NCBI GenBank assembly: GCA_000388065.2
Contig: KB932202.1
From: Fonticula alba ATCC 38817
Taxonomy: Eukaryota > Protista > Nucleariida
Strand: one strand, 5' to 3'
Length of the DNA stretch: 64,000 nt
The translations under genes and the position numbers were made by a program. Below the pieces are notes generated by a model that had not been told where the DNA came from, did no database searches, and saw only the letters and a list, made by a program, of their open reading frames with translations. Shown one piece after another: positions 59,619 through 64,000 of this stretch (position 1 is its first letter; every line of letters starts with the position of its first letter).

Positions 59619-62054
59619 ATGGGGTCCGACCAGCTGGGACGTCGACCGCCGCCCCCGCGCCAGCCGGTCGCCAACGCCCCCATCAGCACCACCACCACCA
59701 CCACCACCACCACCACCACGGCCAACATGCTCCCGCAGCAGGTCCTCCACCCGGCCGGCGCCACGACCAGTGCCACCATCGCCACCGGGCCCGGCGCCGA
59801 CCCGAGCTCCCTGCTTACGGGGCATCACCACCACCACCACCACCATCACCATGCGCATGGGGGGGCTTGCGACCCGACGGTCGGCCAGCCAAGCTCCCTG
59901 TCGCCGTACCCCGGGGCCGGTCCATCCCACTCGGCCACCACCCTGCCGACCGTCTCCTCGTCCACCTCCTTCGCCTCGATCTCGCCCTCCTCCTCGCCAG
60001 TGACCCCATCGGCCGGCGGCGGGACCGGGCCCGGCCCCGCCGGCGCGCCAGTCTCCGCGTCCAAGTCCTGGCGGTCCAAGTTCAATCGCTTCATCCGGTT
60101 TTCCAGCGGCGGCCCCAGCCCCACATTGAGCACCACATCCAGCGAGTCATCCTCCCTGCTGTATCAGCCCTCCCCGCCGCAGGTGGTCTCCCCCTGCACC
60201 GAACGCCTGGCCACCTCCTCCCTTCCCTCGACCCCGCGGCTGACGGTCAATTCGGAAGCCGGCGGCATGGATGCCGCTGGGCCCCGGGGCCCGGGCCCCC
60301 TTGATGAAGGTGCCTCGGCCTCGCCGGCCCCCGATGCTGCGCGGATCACCCCCGACCGGGCCTCCCTACTGGCCTCTCTGGGCCCCGGGCCAGCGCGGCC
60401 TGCCGGCTCGCCTGGGGCTGATCCCCTTCGCCGGAGCTCCTCGGCTCCCGGGCCGCCGGCCTTTCTGGCTGATCCGGCCGGCGCCTCGGCCGGGGGGGCC
60501 TCGCCCCGGGTCGCCCCGGGCACCCTCATCCACAGTCGCCCCCCCTCGATGGACGATGCGGAAATCCAGCGCGCCATTTCGGAAGCACGCGACGCCGCGC
60601 GCGAGGAATATGCCAAGGCGCTGGCCGCGCGCGAACGCGCCCGCCGGCGCGAAGTCATCCTCACCGGCCTGGTGGAGCCACTCTTCCAGCCCCTTCTCGG
60701 GCCTGATGAGGATGCCTCCCGGTCGCCGGTTGGCCATGCGTCCTCCATGGCCCCGGTCGCCGCCGCCGCCGCTGCCGCCCATACCCCGGTCGCCACCGGC
60801 ACCGCCACCACGCCTGGGCCCTGGTCGCCCTTTTCCCCGGCCTCCTCGGCGACCGCCGGCGGGGGCCCCGGGGAAAATGCCTCACATCTGGCCCGGCTCC
60901 AGCGCGACGACGCGTACTGGGCCTTCCGGCAGGATCTCATCGCGCGCCTGCTGGGGAATTCGGACCTCCTGCCGGGCGACCGGACCTGGCCCGTGTGCTC
61001 GGGATTGCTTTCCATCCTCCCGGAGGAGGGCCCCTCCCCCGGGCCAATCACCGCCCAACAGGAGGGCGATGAGGGGCCGGCCGCCGCCAATGACGAGCCC
61101 CCTGCCGCCCTGGTGCCCGGCCAGCAGCCAGACTCCGCCACCACTTCGACCTCCTCGCTGACATCCACCAGCCAGGCATCGGCACCTGCGTCCCCTTCGC
61201 CGGGGATGGGCCCCGGCGGCCGGCGGTCCAGTGCGGTCCTTTCGCCCCCGACCCCCTTGCTGTCCCCCGGCGGCGGCGCCGCCGCCGCCATGCAGCAGTA
61301 TTACGTCGGCCCGCGGCGGCCCCCACCGTCGCACGACCCGTCGGCGGCCAAGTGGCTGGGCTTCCACCAGTATGACCTGGCCCGGGTGCCGGACATGACC
61401 CCGTGCGGCTTCGACACCTGGGAGTTCGTCTTCAACCCCAGCCAAACGGCCCCGGCGGTGGTGCCCCTCAGCGCCTTGCCGCCCAATTCCCAGATGTCCT
61501 TCTTCAGCAGCAGCAGCGGCAGTAGCAGCGCTGGCGCTGGCGCCGGCCCCGGGGGAGCTGCCCCCTTGCGCGCATCCTCAACCACCTCCCTCTCGTCGAT
61601 CGCCTCGCTGGCCCTGCCGACTTTGGTCCCGGCGCTGGTTGTCCCGCCCTTGGCAGCGACTCCGGCCGCCGTGGCTCAGTGCCCCGGTCGCCGTGCCTCA
61701 GCCGACCCCTGTCCATACGGTCAATTGGCCGCCGCTCCGCCCTCCGGCGGGCAGGCAAGCCCTTCACAGCAGCAACAAAAACAAAGGCACGACCAGCCAC
61801 CTCGAGCCACTCCTGCGCCTCCGGACTGGTCGGGTGTCTCGCCAGCCCCGCCCTCCGGGGGTCCCCCATCCGCCACTGCCTCCCGGTCTCCCTCCCGCGA
61901 CAACCCATCCAAGGATCCAGTTGATCCCCTTGCGATGGATTCCCCCGTGGCGGCGGCGGCGGCGGCGGCGGCGGCGTCGACCACAGCGGCTGACGCCCTC
62001 CTCGGAACGGCTGAGGCCATTGATGACCTCATTTCACAATACTCCAACTACTAA
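59619..62054 (+). CDS. Hypothetical low-complexity protein (811 aa) with Thr and His tracts; possible upstream exons
   Basis: Uninterrupted 2.4-kb ORF with the same codon and low-complexity style as neighbouring genes. It has islands of ordinary composition (DDAEIQRAISEARDAAREEY...; YWAFRQDLIARLLGNSDLLP; KWLGFHQYDLARVPDM...WEFVF) and ends in a tandem stop TAA TAG. Confidence 0.65.
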   Translation: MGSDQLGRRPPPPRQPVANAPISTTTTTTTTTTTANMLPQQVLHPAGATTSATIATGPGADPSSLLTGHHHHHHHHHHAHGGACDPTVGQPSSLSPYPGAGPSHSATTLPTVSSSTSFASISPSSSPVTPSAGGGTGPGPAGAPVSASKSWRSKFNRFIRFSSGGPSPTLSTTSSESSSLLYQPSPPQVVSPCTERLATSSLPSTPRLTVNSEAGGMDAAGPRGPGPLDEGASASPAPDAARITPDRASLLASLGPGPARPAGSPGADPLRRSSSAPGPPAFLADPAGASAGGASPRVAPGTLIHSRPPSMDDAEIQRAISEARDAAREEYAKALAARERARRREVILTGLVEPLFQPLLGPDEDASRSPVGHASSMAPVAAAAAAAHTPVATGTATTPGPWSPFSPASSATAGGGPGENASHLARLQRDDAYWAFRQDLIARLLGNSDLLPGDRTWPVCSGLLSILPEEGPSPGPITAQQEGDEGPAAANDEPPAALVPGQQPDSATTSTSSLTSTSQASAPASPSPGMGPGGRRSSAVLSPPTPLLSPGGGAAAAMQQYYVGPRRPPPSHDPSAAKWLGFHQYDLARVPDMTPCGFDTWEFVFNPSQTAPAVVPLSALPPNSQMSFFSSSSGSSSAGAGAGPGGAAPLRASSTTSLSSIASLALPTLVPALVVPPLAATPAAVAQCPGRRASADPCPYGQLAAAPPSGGQASPSQQQQKQRHDQPPRATPAPPDWSGVSPAPPSGGPPSATASRSPSRDNPSKDPVDPLAMDSPVAAAAAAAAASTTAADALLGTAEAIDDLISQYSNY

Positions 62055-62634
62055 TAGATTTACCCCTCTCTTGTTGTCGAGCTCGATTGCCTTCGCCCAC
62101 GGTGGTGCCTTGGCTTCTTTTCCGGCCCCTGGGGTGAGCATGCCGGGCATGGGAAGCAGCAATGCCCATGCTGCGCCTGGCGTGTGGGGCTCTTTCCCTT
62201 GTCGCCGCCCGCTTGCCACGGCTCCCACCGTGTCGCTGCCCGGGTTGGTGGCTGCGAAATCCGGCCTGCCAGGACCCCTATTCTGCACGTCATCCCGAGC
62301 ATGCAAACACCACCCACGCTCGAGCCCTGGCCAAGCGCTCTTCTGAGGATGACCAGAAAGACCCCGCACAAGGGGGGAGGTGGAGGATAGAAGGAAGGGT
62401 TCATGTATTTGGGGGAGGAGGGAGGGGGGGGGGGGGACGTGAGGGAGGCAGGGAGGAACTCACACACACTCTCACGCTATCTGAGGCAACTGCATACGCG
62501 TTTATGTATGAAGTAAGGGGGAGGGGGGAGGGGGGGGGGGGGGGCGAACGAGAAGAGAAGGGGCAACGAGGACAGGGGGAGGGGGTAACGTGCAGCATGT
62601 GCATATGCACGGCTGCACAGCTGCTGTGGGCACT

Positions 62635-63990
<1,356 letters not shown>

Positions 63991-64000
63991 CTGTGTGTAC

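Overview
GC-rich, intron-containing eukaryotic genomic DNA from a draft assembly. It has many N-gaps, most next to G/C homopolymers. The gene set and style suggest an opisthokont protist such as Fonticula; this is an inference I could not check. I rebuilt 13 spliced or partly spliced genes by hand. In order: a divergent MAPK/CDK-like kinase (-), prefoldin 5 (-), BLOC-1 subunit pallidin (-), the mitochondrial glycine carrier SLC25A38 (+), a ~4,400-aa TPR-like protein with a degenerate separase/CHAT-like C-terminus (+), PPP1R21/FERRY Fy-2 (-), CstF-64 (-), condensin CAP-H (+), PGM3 (-), a PTS2-bearing citrate synthase (-), an FKBP15-like protein (+), an orphan His-tract protein (+), and a 5'-truncated STE20/GCKIII kinase (-). 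I saw no prokaryotic systems, CRISPR arrays, rRNA/tRNA genes or recognisable transposons. Most listed ORFs are shadow frames of GC-rich coding DNA. The most notable observations are the giant putative pseudo-protease, FAM21-like LFa motifs on FKBP15, a kinase with no Gly-loop plus DFD and SEY motifs, a CxxC...CxxC insertion in SLC25A38, and a strong +4C 5' splice-site bias. All motif comparisons are from memory, not database searches.
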